From an uncultured Candidatus Saccharibacteria bacterium (lineage in GTDB: Bacteria; Patescibacteriota; Minisyncoccia; Phycocordibacterales; UBA9973), in NCBI GenBank assembly GCA_964395435.1, contig CAYNAO010000003.1:1-47398 (forward strand): a DNA stretch of 47,398 bases, written 5' to 3'. The notes beneath the pieces were generated by a model that saw nothing but the letters and a program-made list of their open reading frames with translations, did no database searches and was not told the origin of the DNA. Below are positions 9,261 through 18,167 of this stretch, in pieces. Numbering within the stretch: the stretch's first letter is position 1; each line of letters starts with the position of its first letter. The position numbers and the translations under genes are program-made.

Positions 9261-9746
9261 ATGAATAGAAATTATTTAAAGTATTTTATAATAGTTATTT
9301 TATTTTTTGTTTTTTTGTTTTTATTTTTAAATAGAGATTCTAATTTTGATCAAATTTCTTTAAATCAAAAACAAGAAAATTTAAAGACTTCTTTTATAAA
9401 AATCAAAGATACTATTTTGAATGTTGAAATTGCTGATACTCTAGAGAAGAGAACCTTAGGTTTAGGTAAAAGAAAAAACCTGCTCGAGAATAACGGTATG
9501 CTTTTTATTTTTGAGCAAAAAGGACCACACTTTTTTTGGATGAAAGATATGAATTTCCCTATAGATATTATTTGGTTTGATGAAAATCAAAAAGTTATTT
9601 TTATTGAACAAAAAATAGACCCTAGTTCTTATCCAAATTTATTTGGAACAGAATTAGAGTCTAAATATGTCCTTGAAACTGTTTCTGGTTTCGTGGAAAA
9701 GAATCAAATTAAAGTAGGGGATTCTTTTGTTTTTATAGAGAATTAG
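9261..9746 (+). CDS. DUF192-family secreted/membrane-anchored protein
   Basis: N-terminal TM/signal helix, then GLGKRKNLLENNGMLFIF and FWMKDMNFPIDIIWFD, typical of DUF192. I prefer the ATG at 9261 over the TTG at 9240. Confidence 0.55.
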   Translation: MNRNYLKYFIIVILFFVFLFLFLNRDSNFDQISLNQKQENLKTSFIKIKDTILNVEIADTLEKRTLGLGKRKNLLENNGMLFIFEQKGPHFFWMKDMNFPIDIIWFDENQKVIFIEQKIDPSSYPNLFGTELESKYVLETVSGFVEKNQIKVGDSFVFIEN

Positions 9747-10486
9747 TAAAAAATTCTTTTAATAACAACTACAATTAAAATAAGTAATAATAGTACAATA
9801 ATCCACTCAAATAAATTACCTGGAATTTTTGTGTCTAATGAAATTAGTCCTGTGTTAGCAGATAAATTATTTTCTGTATTGTTATCATAAATCCAATTTG
9901 TATTATTGTTTTGATTTGTATTTATGAAATTTTGATCTTGCAGAATTATATTTGAAGATGGTACCACTACATCAATAGTTTTTGTTATTATTTCTGTGTT
10001 TGTGTTAACTGCTGTATTTGTAGGTCTTGTATCATTTGTGATTTGAACAGAAGTATTATTTCCCCCAGTTGTGTTTGTATTTACTATTGTTACAGTTTGA
10101 TTTTCAATTCTTGGATTAGTTTTGAAAAGCAGTATATTACCTTCTGTTTTTATTCTTCCATTATCAGCAACCATACGAGCATAATAAATAGTATCTGCTT
10201 TTAAATTCTTTAGATTTATTCGGATAGGGGAATTACTATTTTGAGTACCTACATATATATGATTACTTTCTGTATAAGTATTCATATTAAAATCAGTCGA
10301 ATACTCAACCCAAGCTGTGGTTTGTAATCCGTTTGGTCTAACTGTCCCGTATACAGTTGCTTCAAAGGTTTTTACTTCTACATTCAAAGTATTTGCTTCT
10401 GGTATAGTATTAGCATTTACTGAAAAAGCAAACCCAAAAAGTAGTACTATAATAAATATATTTAATTTTTGTCTAATTGTTTTCAT
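9743..10486 (-). CDS. secreted, C-terminally membrane-anchored protein with one FN3-like domain
   Basis: Signal peptide MKTIRQKLNIFIIVLLFGFAFSVNA and an FN3-like segment (TAWVEYSTD...ADTIYYARMVADN). Also an N/T-rich linker and a C-terminal TM helix WIIVLLLLILIVVVI. I chose the internal ATG at 10486. Confidence 0.55.
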   Translation of the reverse strand: MKTIRQKLNIFIIVLLFGFAFSVNANTIPEANTLNVEVKTFEATVYGTVRPNGLQTTAWVEYSTDFNMNTYTESNHIYVGTQNSNSPIRINLKNLKADTIYYARMVADNGRIKTEGNILLFKTNPRIENQTVTIVNTNTTGGNNTSVQITNDTRPTNTAVNTNTEIITKTIDVVVPSSNIILQDQNFINTNQNNNTNWIYDNNTENNLSANTGLISLDTKIPGNLFEWIIVLLLLILIVVVIKRIFY

Positions 10487-10578
10487 ATTTTTTAATACTT
10501 GTATTATATCACATTTAAACATAAAAGTCAAATCCCATTAAGTTTTTCTTAATGGGATTTAGACTTTTTAGTATTTAA

Positions 10579-13500
10579 TTAATTTCTGCGAACTGTTCTT
10601 GTATAAGCTATTCTGATAGCAAGAATAATTAGAAGAATTATTAATACTAACAATAACCAACCGATAAGTGTAGTAGGCCAGAATCCGTTTCCGAATAATG
10701 CTCCACCAACTAATCTATAATTTCCAGGTTCGATTATATTTTTAGAATAAGCAAACACTTCTTCTTGTAGATTATTTTTTGTAATAGTGTAAACCATATT
10801 TGCTGTAGTTACTACTGTTTTACCTACTGTTGCATCATTGTTTACTTCTACTCTTAATACTACACTACCTTCCTCTTGAGGATATAAGTTGTCTATATTT
10901 ACAACTAAAGTTTGATTATCGTCTCCAAGATATCCACGACTTGCATTAACAAAAGTAAATTCTTTCGGAATTAATACTCTTAATACTAAATCTTTCAAGT
11001 GTTCAGAAGAAACGTTTTTGTAATTGATTGTGTAATCAATAGTATTTCCTAGATTTACAATTTCGTTATTTCTATTGATTGTTAAGAATACTAATGAAGC
11101 TTTTGATAAACCAACACCTTCAGTAATATTTGTTGTAGAAATTGTGTTTACTACTGGGATAACTTCTCTGTAAACATATCTTGTTACTGTATTTGTTGTA
11201 CTTACTCCACTTACAGTTCCGCCTGATAATGTTCTGAAAGTTTGAATATCTCCACGACTTGTTCCGTATTCATTATTTACTACTGCTCTGAAGTAATAAG
11301 TTGTGTTTGGAGTTAATCCAAATAAACTAGAATAGAAAGGTGATGAAGGAGAATTTCCAATAAATCCAGTATTTGTAGTCCTGCCTAATGCAGTAGTTGT
11401 TCCGTATTCGAAATATCCGTTTGTGTTTACATTACCATTTACTAATCCTAAACCATTTAATCTTGCACTGTTGTTATCAACATTTGTAGCTAGTGTAGTT
11501 ACAGCAGTTGGAGCACAGTTTCCAAAATTACATGAATTATTGTTTCCAAAACTTGTAGAGAAGTTTAATACATTACCATAAACAGTTTGACCATTTCCTT
11601 GTGCTACTGCTCTGAAGTAATAAGTTGTGTTTGGTTGTAAGTTTGTAATTAATTGATTAAAGTTTCCACTATTTGTTCCTTGGTTTAATTTATTTGTTTG
11701 ACTTGGCAAGAAAGATCCTGAAGTTCCGTATTCAAACCATCTAATTGTAAAGTTGCCATTTGTTTCTACATAACCATTTAATACCGCTGTATTTTGAGTT
11801 ATTTCAGTAGCATTGTATGTTGTTACATTTGGATTACCGTAGTTTCCACAATTAAAAGTACAACCTGTGTTTCCTTGTGTAGTGAAAGTCATTTGATTTC
11901 CATAAACCATTTGACCGTTTGTATTTTGAGCTACTGCTCTGAAGTAATAAGTTGTATTTGATTGTAGTCCTCCTAATGAATAAGAGTAATTTGTATTATT
12001 TGCTGTACCGTAATTAACTTGATTTGTTTGATTAGTCATATTTCCGTTTGTTCCCCATTCAAACCAAGCTGTTACTGGACTATTTCCATTTGCTGAAACA
12101 TTACCATTTAATAATGCATAATTTGTTCCAATTCCTGTTGCAGGATTTGTTGTAACTGTAGGTAAAATATTTTGCTGTGCCACAGAAACAAAAGTTGAAT
12201 CAGAAGCACTTCCACCTTGACCAGTACATGTAAGTACAAAAGTAGTACCTGCTGTCATATTACCAATTGATTGAGTTCCACCATTTGCATTCTTGTTTCC
12301 AGTCCATCCATTTGAAGCAACACAAGAAGTAGCATTTGAAACATTCCAAGTTAAGTTAGTTGTTCCACCGTAAGCTACTGAAGTAGGTGATGCGTAAAGA
12401 GAAACTGTTGGAGGGTTTACTGGTTGAGATGCCACAGAAACAAAAGTTGAATCAGAAGCACTTCCACCTTGACCAGTACATGTAAGTACAAAAGTAGTAC
12501 CTGCTGTCATATTACCAATTGATTGAGTTCCACCATTTGCATTCTTGTTTCCAGTCCATCCATTTGAAGCAACACAAGAAGTAGCATTTGAAACATTCCA
12601 AGTTAAGTTAGTTGTTCCACCGTAAGCTACTGAAGTAGGTGATGCGTAAAGAGAAACTGTTGGAGGGTTTACTGGTTGAGATGCCACAGAAACAAAAGTT
12701 GAATCAGAAGCACTTCCACCTTGACCAGTACATGTAAGTACAAAAGTAGTACCTGCTGTCATATTACCAATTGATTGAGTTCCACCATTTGCATTCTTGT
12801 TTCCAGTCCATCCATTTGAAGCAACACAAGAAGTAGCATTTGAAACATTCCAAGTTAAGTTAGTTGTTCCACCATAAGCTACTGAAGTAGGTGATGCGTA
12901 AAGATTAATTACTGGTGCTTGGTAAGTAACTTGATTTACTGTTACATATGCACTATCTGTTGCAGATCCTCCTGCTCCTGTACAAGTTATTGAATAACTT
13001 CTTGAAGAAGTAGGGTATACAGTTCTAGATCCTGAAGTAGTATTACCTCCCCAGTTTGAAGTACAAGAAGTAGCATTAGTCGAAGACCAATTTAAAACTA
13101 CATCATTGCCTGAATATACATAAGTAGGACTTGCTGTTATGTAAACAGTCGGAGCTGGTGTTGGGTTAGGGTTACAATTATTGTAGCAACAATGAGTACA
13201 ACCACCTCCTGTATTTCCACTATTTGTAGTGAAAGTCATCCAAGATCCATAAGTAGTACCTGTAGTATTTTCTGCTACAGATCTAAAAGTGTAACTTGTG
13301 TTTGCTGTTAAATTACCTAAAGTGTAATTAAAAGCAACATTACTATTACCACTTCCTAAATTTTGGTAACCATATTTATTACTATTATTTTGTAATTCAA
13401 ACCATCCATAAGTAGGAAGTCCTTTTGGATTATAACTAGCGTTTAATGTAGCACTAGTTTGAGTCATACTACCTGCACTTTGAGATACATAAGCCGGAGT

Positions 13501-13581
13501 AGCAGCTAAAGCAGTGCTACTTGAAGCTAAAAATCCCAAGGCAAATACGACTATAAATATTTTTCTTAATATATTTTTCAT
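10579..13581 (-). CDS. large repeat-rich cell-surface protein (FN3-like and Ig-like repeats, C-terminal TM anchor)
   Basis: Signal peptide MKNILRKIFIVVFALGFLASSSTALA. At least five FN3-like units end in TTYYFRAVAQN or TSYTFRSVAEN. There are four Cys-containing Ig-like units, a DUF11-like module and a C-terminal TM helix LLLVLIILLIILAI. The start is moved to the ATG at 13581. Confidence 0.7.
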   Translation of the reverse strand: MKNILRKIFIVVFALGFLASSSTALAATPAYVSQSAGSMTQTSATLNASYNPKGLPTYGWFELQNNSNKYGYQNLGSGNSNVAFNYTLGNLTANTSYTFRSVAENTTGTTYGSWMTFTTNSGNTGGGCTHCCYNNCNPNPTPAPTVYITASPTYVYSGNDVVLNWSSTNATSCTSNWGGNTTSGSRTVYPTSSRSYSITCTGAGGSATDSAYVTVNQVTYQAPVINLYASPTSVAYGGTTNLTWNVSNATSCVASNGWTGNKNANGGTQSIGNMTAGTTFVLTCTGQGGSASDSTFVSVASQPVNPPTVSLYASPTSVAYGGTTNLTWNVSNATSCVASNGWTGNKNANGGTQSIGNMTAGTTFVLTCTGQGGSASDSTFVSVASQPVNPPTVSLYASPTSVAYGGTTNLTWNVSNATSCVASNGWTGNKNANGGTQSIGNMTAGTTFVLTCTGQGGSASDSTFVSVAQQNILPTVTTNPATGIGTNYALLNGNVSANGNSPVTAWFEWGTNGNMTNQTNQVNYGTANNTNYSYSLGGLQSNTTYYFRAVAQNTNGQMVYGNQMTFTTQGNTGCTFNCGNYGNPNVTTYNATEITQNTAVLNGYVETNGNFTIRWFEYGTSGSFLPSQTNKLNQGTNSGNFNQLITNLQPNTTYYFRAVAQGNGQTVYGNVLNFSTSFGNNNSCNFGNCAPTAVTTLATNVDNNSARLNGLGLVNGNVNTNGYFEYGTTTALGRTTNTGFIGNSPSSPFYSSLFGLTPNTTYYFRAVVNNEYGTSRGDIQTFRTLSGGTVSGVSTTNTVTRYVYREVIPVVNTISTTNITEGVGLSKASLVFLTINRNNEIVNLGNTIDYTINYKNVSSEHLKDLVLRVLIPKEFTFVNASRGYLGDDNQTLVVNIDNLYPQEEGSVVLRVEVNNDATVGKTVVTTANMVYTITKNNLQEEVFAYSKNIIEPGNYRLVGGALFGNGFWPTTLIGWLLLVLIILLIILAIRIAYTRTVRRN
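12179..12904. repeat. about 2.9 copies of a virtually identical 252-bp tandem repeat (84-aa Ig-like unit)
   Basis: Repeat units start at 12179, 12431 and 12683 (gccacagaaacaaaagttgaatcag...). I noticed only one substitution between copies. Confidence 0.9.
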
Positions 13582-13780
13582 ATTTTTTTCGCCAAAATTG
13601 GCATTAATTAAAAACTGATAATTTTTATAACATCTTATAATGTTTTTATACACTAGCATATTTTCATAAAAAAGTCAAGAGTAGGAGTTTGTGATTATGT
13701 ATTTTGAAATTAGGTTAAAAACTTGACTTTTTTGTTAATATGTGATATCCTTTGGTGGTAAATAGTTCCTTGAGAAAAGA

Positions 13781-13843
13781 ATTGTGAAAGAAAAATTTTG
13801 CCTGTAAAAACTAATTTTGTAAGCAAAATTTTTCTTTCACAAT
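13781..13843 (+). promoter_or_regulatory. perfect 21-bp inverted repeat (hairpin or operator) 15 nt upstream of the 13859 start codon
   Basis: attgtgaaagaaaaattttgc (13781-13801) and gcaaaatttttctttcacaat (13823-13843), separated by 21 nt. Confidence 0.6.
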
Positions 13844-13858
13844 AAAAAATTTATCACA

Positions 13859-15394
13859 ATGAAAAATTTAAATTTCTTTTTTTCCTTTTTTTTAATTTTC
13901 ATTTCTTGTAACCAGCCTCAGCGTGTTTATGCGCAGGGATGCAGCTTTGATTTGAATGTTGTCAGCAACGAGTGTGGCGAAGCCTTGCTTAGAGTTGAGA
14001 ACTGTTCTGATTGTTCTAGTTATAATTGGAACACCGGAGCAACAAGCCGTTCCTTAGTTGTAACCCAATCGGGTACATACCGGGTGACTGTAACCAGTTT
14101 CACTAATCAGTGCACATCAGTTGCGCAAGTTAGTGTTCAGGTTGAACCACCTTGTAATCAGGGTTGTAGTTTCAATATTTCTGAAACCAAAAATTGTGGC
14201 CAGACCACACTTGAGGTTACAGACTGCCCAGACTGTTTTGCTTACATCTGGAGTAATGGAGCAACAACTAAATCAGTTTCAGTGAGTCAGTCCGGAACTT
14301 ATACCGTTACAGTTACAGGTGGCGGAGGTGCTTGCACTTCCAAAGCTTCAAAAAATGTTGAAATAGCTAATGGTCCATCCGTTAGTATTTCTGGAAACAC
14401 TTTTTTCTGTGAAGGCAGTTCTACAACACTACTTGCAGAATCAAGTAGTATTGTGGAGTATTGTTGGTCAACAGGAGCAAAATCTCCTGGGTTGCTTGTC
14501 ACTCAACCTGGAACTTACACGGTTACGGTTACAAGTATAGTTACCGGTTGCACTGCTACCGCTTCAAAAGAAGTTGTCATGGTGCACTCACCACAAACTC
14601 CGACTATCTCTGCAGAAGTGCAGGGAGACAAGGTTGTTCTTACAGCCTTTCCTCCTGCAGCAGGATATATATGGAGCAATGGAGCAACAGGACCGAGCGT
14701 TACAGTAAATTCTTCAATGACTTTATCCGTTAGGGTAAAAAATCACGAAGGTTGTACTTCTGAAGAATCCTGCCCTGTGCCAGTTATGGTATTGGTTAAG
14801 GAAGTTAACACTGGAGGCAACGGATCTGATCCCGCAAACTGCAACAAAAATGGAATTGTAACTTCAAACGGCATGTCTTATGGAGCAGTAATCAAGAAAC
14901 CAAATAGTCAGTTGTTCTTGTATGCTCCTCCAGGAGCAAATCAGTATAGCTGCACTTGGAATCAAGGCCAAACTGGAGGCAATAAAGGTTGGGTTTTAGC
15001 AAACTCAAATGTCGGAACTCACTATTATTTACTTCAATGTAAATTTTATGGTAGTGACGATTGGCATTGGTTTTGCTTTCAATATACCATTGTAAATAAT
15101 TTAGATTATGATGATGATGTTGAAAGTAGATCAGTTTATTCTTCAGAAGAAATCTTTATTCCTGAGGAATACCGACAGGAAATTGAAGAATTTTTAAATC
15201 AGAAAAACTCAAGTAGTTATGAAAATAACGAAAGAGTAGAGATGAAAGTTTCACCAAATCCGACTTATGGTCCAATAAGGATCGAAGCGGAAATGGAAAT
15301 TCCGGTAGAACAGCCTTCTGGCATTTACATCTTACAAATGTTTGATGTAAATGGTAGGCCAGTAGGTGAGCCAAAAAAAGTGATAAAAAATTAG
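13859..15394 (+). CDS. Cys-rich repeat lipoprotein with a T9SS-type C-terminal sorting domain-like tail; compositionally foreign
   Basis: Lipobox-like FLIFISC. Four repeats of the W(S/N)xGA(T/K)..S..V.(V/Q)(S/P)GTY.VTVT...C pattern. The C-terminus KVSPNPTYGPIRIE...GIYILQMFDVNGRPV resembles a Por_Secre_tail. G+C is clearly above the flanks by eye. Confidence 0.5.
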   Translation: MKNLNFFFSFFLIFISCNQPQRVYAQGCSFDLNVVSNECGEALLRVENCSDCSSYNWNTGATSRSLVVTQSGTYRVTVTSFTNQCTSVAQVSVQVEPPCNQGCSFNISETKNCGQTTLEVTDCPDCFAYIWSNGATTKSVSVSQSGTYTVTVTGGGGACTSKASKNVEIANGPSVSISGNTFFCEGSSTTLLAESSSIVEYCWSTGAKSPGLLVTQPGTYTVTVTSIVTGCTATASKEVVMVHSPQTPTISAEVQGDKVVLTAFPPAAGYIWSNGATGPSVTVNSSMTLSVRVKNHEGCTSEESCPVPVMVLVKEVNTGGNGSDPANCNKNGIVTSNGMSYGAVIKKPNSQLFLYAPPGANQYSCTWNQGQTGGNKGWVLANSNVGTHYYLLQCKFYGSDDWHWFCFQYTIVNNLDYDDDVESRSVYSSEEIFIPEEYRQEIEEFLNQKNSSSYENNERVEMKVSPNPTYGPIRIEAEMEIPVEQPSGIYILQMFDVNGRPVGEPKKVIKN

Positions 15395-15414
15395 GGGGCC
15401 ATTCCCCGAAACCA

Positions 15415-15481
15415 AAAGCCTCGCGCTACTTTAATGTAGCCGAGGCTTTTTTATTTACCCCGTCAGTCGCAACTGACGGGG
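15415..15481 (+). terminator. two consecutive GC-rich terminator hairpins
   Basis: gcctcgcgctac-tttaat-gtagccgaggc followed by tttttt, then ccccgtcag-tcgcaa-ctgacgggg followed by ttt. Confidence 0.6.
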
Positions 15482-15516
15482 TTTGCAATTTTTTAAAATT
15501 GTTGTATACTTAACAA

Positions 15517-15886
15517 GTTTTGTATTGGATAACTACGCTAGTTAAAACTAGTGAGGAAAGTCCGAACATTCGTTCATTTAATTGAAAAGTGTAGTGGGTA
15601 ATTCCCATCCATCGTAAGATGCGAGGTGCGAGCAGAGACGCCGATGTTTATCCAACTTGTTGGGTAGGCGGACCGAAAGGTTAGGCTTCCTTGTTTACAA
15701 GGAAGAGTTTTGTAGTAATACAAAAGTGAAACGGCTAAATCCTTACATGAATGCAAGATCGTGCCCCGCGTAGCGCATGCGAAGTGGGGAGAATCGCTTG
15801 AGGTGATGAGTAATCATCATCCTAGATAAATTGTTATCTCTTTTATGAAAATAAAAGATACAGAATTCGGCTTATAGATACAAAAC
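15517..15886 (+). ncRNA. rnpB: RNase P RNA (bacterial type A-like)
   Basis: Contains GAGGAAAGTCCGAAC (the P4 5' strand) and ACAGAATTCGGCTTAT (the P4 3' strand). P1 pairs gttttgtat (15517-15525) with atacaaaac (15878-15886). There is a P3-like hairpin ctagt-taaa-actag. This is a GC-rich island in AT-rich DNA. Confidence 0.85.
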
Positions 15887-15899
15887 AACAAATGAAAAA

Positions 15900-15920
15900 T
15901 CCCTCGCAAGAGGGATTTTT
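15900..15920 (+). terminator. intrinsic terminator after rnpB
   Basis: tccctc-gcaa-gaggga followed by ttttt. Confidence 0.65.
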
Positions 15921-16012
15921 CTGTTTGCTATTGCTTTTTATTTTGATATATGCTATACTTTGTTTGTGAGTGTGAGGTAAAACTTACATTATTCGAAACA
16001 ACGATGTGCCGC

Positions 16013-16041
16013 AAAAAGCCCCGCAAGGGGCTTTTTGTTTT
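16013..16041 (+). terminator. intrinsic terminator closing a short promoter-to-terminator unit
   Basis: aaaaagcccc-gcaa-ggggcttttt-gtttt. It lies about 60 nt downstream of TTGCTT-17 nt-(TG)cTATACT at 15931-15959. Confidence 0.55.
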
Positions 16042-16176
16042 GCATAAAAAATGATTGAATTTTAAAGAGTCGTGGGTTCCCTGGATTTTTGTCTCCGAGG
16101 GCGAAGGCTCAAAAAATTTAATCATTTTTTTAATATTTTTAATACTTTTTATTATTTTTTATGTTAAAATATATCT

Positions 16177-18063
16177 ATGCATCCTGGAGTAAAATCATGG
16201 AAAAATTTAGTTGTATTCGCTTATAACTTTTTTTGTATTCCTCTTTTAGTAAAAACTTTATTTACTCCTTTTCAAAATGATAAACCAAATAAAAATTTTG
16301 ATATTTTTGAAACTATTGTATTTTTTATTTTTTCTAGAATTTTAGGTTTTGCTATTCGTATGGTTTTAATTGTTGTCGGATTAGTTTTTACTTTTTTAAT
16401 GATTCTAACTTTTCCTCTTTTCTTTTTTGTGCCTATAAAAATAGATAAAGAAACTTTGCGTGATATGGGTTCTATTGGTTCTGAACTATCTTATGGAATT
16501 ACTTTTTATTTAAATAAACACACTCATGATTTACTGAGTATGGGTAATATTCGTCTTTTTGGTAAAGATAAAGTTTTGCGTATGATAGAGAGGTCTTTAG
16601 ATAAAGATTCAAACCGTAATGTTTTATTGGTAGGGGAAACTGGAGTTGGTAAAAGTTTAATCCTTTCATATTTAGGTAGATTAGGTAGATCAGGACTTTC
16701 TTTTCCTGGAATTGCTCATCATAGAGTTATAGGATTTGAGCCTCAAAATATAGAAGCCAATGCTTTTATTGGAGCAATGAACGAAGCTAACGAAGCTGGT
16801 AATATTATTTTAGCAATTGAAAATATTCATGAATATCAAAATTTGTTTACTGATTTTATTCCATATTTAGATAAAAAGAATTTAGGTATAATAGCTACGA
16901 CTGATTTTTATGGTTATGATAAAGTACTAAAAATGAATCCAGAATTTTCTTCTCATTTTACAAAAATTGATATGTTTCCAAGTACCGACGAAGAAACTTA
17001 TTTAATTTTAAAAAATCATATTGCTATTAAAAGAGTAAAAATTACCGAAGAAGCAATTTTGGAATTAATTAAATTAACAAATCGCTATATGACTAATGAA
17101 CCTCAACCTCTGAAGTCTTTGCTTGTCTTAGAAGAATTGCGTTCTTTGGGTGGGGTGATTGATATTAAAAAAATTCAAGAAATTATTTCTGATAAAACAA
17201 ATATGCAAATAGGAGATTTGGATGTTAACGAGAAAAATGTTTTGCAAAATTTAGAATCTTTTATGAAAGAAAAAGTTATTGGTCAAGACGAAGCTGTTAC
17301 TGATGTAGTAGAAGCTATGAAGCGCCTTAGGACTGGTATTGCAGATCCTAATAAGCCTGCTGGAAGTTTCCTTTTCCTAGGTCCCACCGGAGTAGGTAAA
17401 ACTTATACTGCAAAAATCTTAGCCGAGAGTTATTTTGGACACAAAAATGCTATGATTCGTTTTGATATGAGTGAATTCTCTATGCCTGATTCTATTTCTA
17501 TTTTTTCTGATAGATTAGGCGCCACAGTAGAAGAAACTCCACTTGCTTTGGTTTTCTTTGATGAGATAGAAAAAGCACACAGAAATATTCATCAACTATT
17601 TTTGCAAATTTTAGATGAAGGTCATTTAACTCGCGAGAATGGTAGAATGGTTAATTTTAAAAATACTATTATTATCGCAACCACGAATGCCCAAAGTCGT
17701 AGTATTATAGAGAATCCAAATATAGAGAAAAAAGTTTTAATTAATCGTTTGATTGAAGACGGTAATTTTGCTCCAGAATTTTTGAACCGTTTTAGTGATG
17801 TGATTTTGTTTAAACCGCTAGGCGAGGATGGAGTTCGCAAAGTAGCAGAATTATTATTGAAAGAATTTCAAGTTCGTTTATTTGAGGACAAGGGTCTTAA
17901 TTTAGAAATTACTCCTGCCTTGGTTGATAAAATAGCAACTGCTGGTTTTGATCCATTATTTGGAGCTCGTCCTATTCATAGAGCCATAGAAGAAATTGTA
18001 GAAAATAAAATTGCTGATTATTTAATTAGCGGAAATAAAGAAAAAAATATAAAGATAATTTAA
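16177..18063 (+). CDS. ClpA/ClpB-family AAA+ ATPase with an N-terminal membrane region
   Basis: The second module has VIGQDEAVTDVVEAMKRLRTGIADPNKPAGSFLFLGPTGVGKTYTAK, VFFDEIEKAH and GARPIHRAIEE. The first module has only a weak Walker A (LLVGETGVGKS). The N-terminal 100 aa contain hydrophobic helices. Confidence 0.7.
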   Translation: MHPGVKSWKNLVVFAYNFFCIPLLVKTLFTPFQNDKPNKNFDIFETIVFFIFSRILGFAIRMVLIVVGLVFTFLMILTFPLFFFVPIKIDKETLRDMGSIGSELSYGITFYLNKHTHDLLSMGNIRLFGKDKVLRMIERSLDKDSNRNVLLVGETGVGKSLILSYLGRLGRSGLSFPGIAHHRVIGFEPQNIEANAFIGAMNEANEAGNIILAIENIHEYQNLFTDFIPYLDKKNLGIIATTDFYGYDKVLKMNPEFSSHFTKIDMFPSTDEETYLILKNHIAIKRVKITEEAILELIKLTNRYMTNEPQPLKSLLVLEELRSLGGVIDIKKIQEIISDKTNMQIGDLDVNEKNVLQNLESFMKEKVIGQDEAVTDVVEAMKRLRTGIADPNKPAGSFLFLGPTGVGKTYTAKILAESYFGHKNAMIRFDMSEFSMPDSISIFSDRLGATVEETPLALVFFDEIEKAHRNIHQLFLQILDEGHLTRENGRMVNFKNTIIIATTNAQSRSIIENPNIEKKVLINRLIEDGNFAPEFLNRFSDVILFKPLGEDGVRKVAELLLKEFQVRLFEDKGLNLEITPALVDKIATAGFDPLFGARPIHRAIEEIVENKIADYLISGNKEKNIKII

Positions 18064-18167
18064 GATTAAATATTGACTTTTTGTATTTTTAATGTTAAAG
18101 TTTTTTGGATATTTGTCCTTTGAAAAAGGATTTTTTTTGTTTTTTCACTTAAAAAATTTAATACAAA

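Noticed and set aside
13582-13659. N-terminal extensions proposed by the ORF track: 13582-13659 for the large surface protein, 41293-41370 for the LexA-MTase, 10487-10531 for the FN3-like protein, and the TTG starts at 7837 and 9240.
   Set aside because: Internal ATGs give canonical N-termini: signal peptides, or the LexA MSTLTKKQ start just downstream of a good promoter. The extensions encode implausible leader sequence or overlap promoter elements.
15574-15756. A 60-aa ORF on the minus strand.
   Set aside because: It lies entirely inside the RNase P RNA gene. The GC-rich open frame is a by-product of the structured RNA.
15928-16125. A 65-aa ORF on the minus strand between rnpB and the Clp-type gene.
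   Set aside because: It spans a terminator hairpin and a promoter-like region, and has no RBS or family resemblance. The region is better explained as a + strand promoter-terminator unit.
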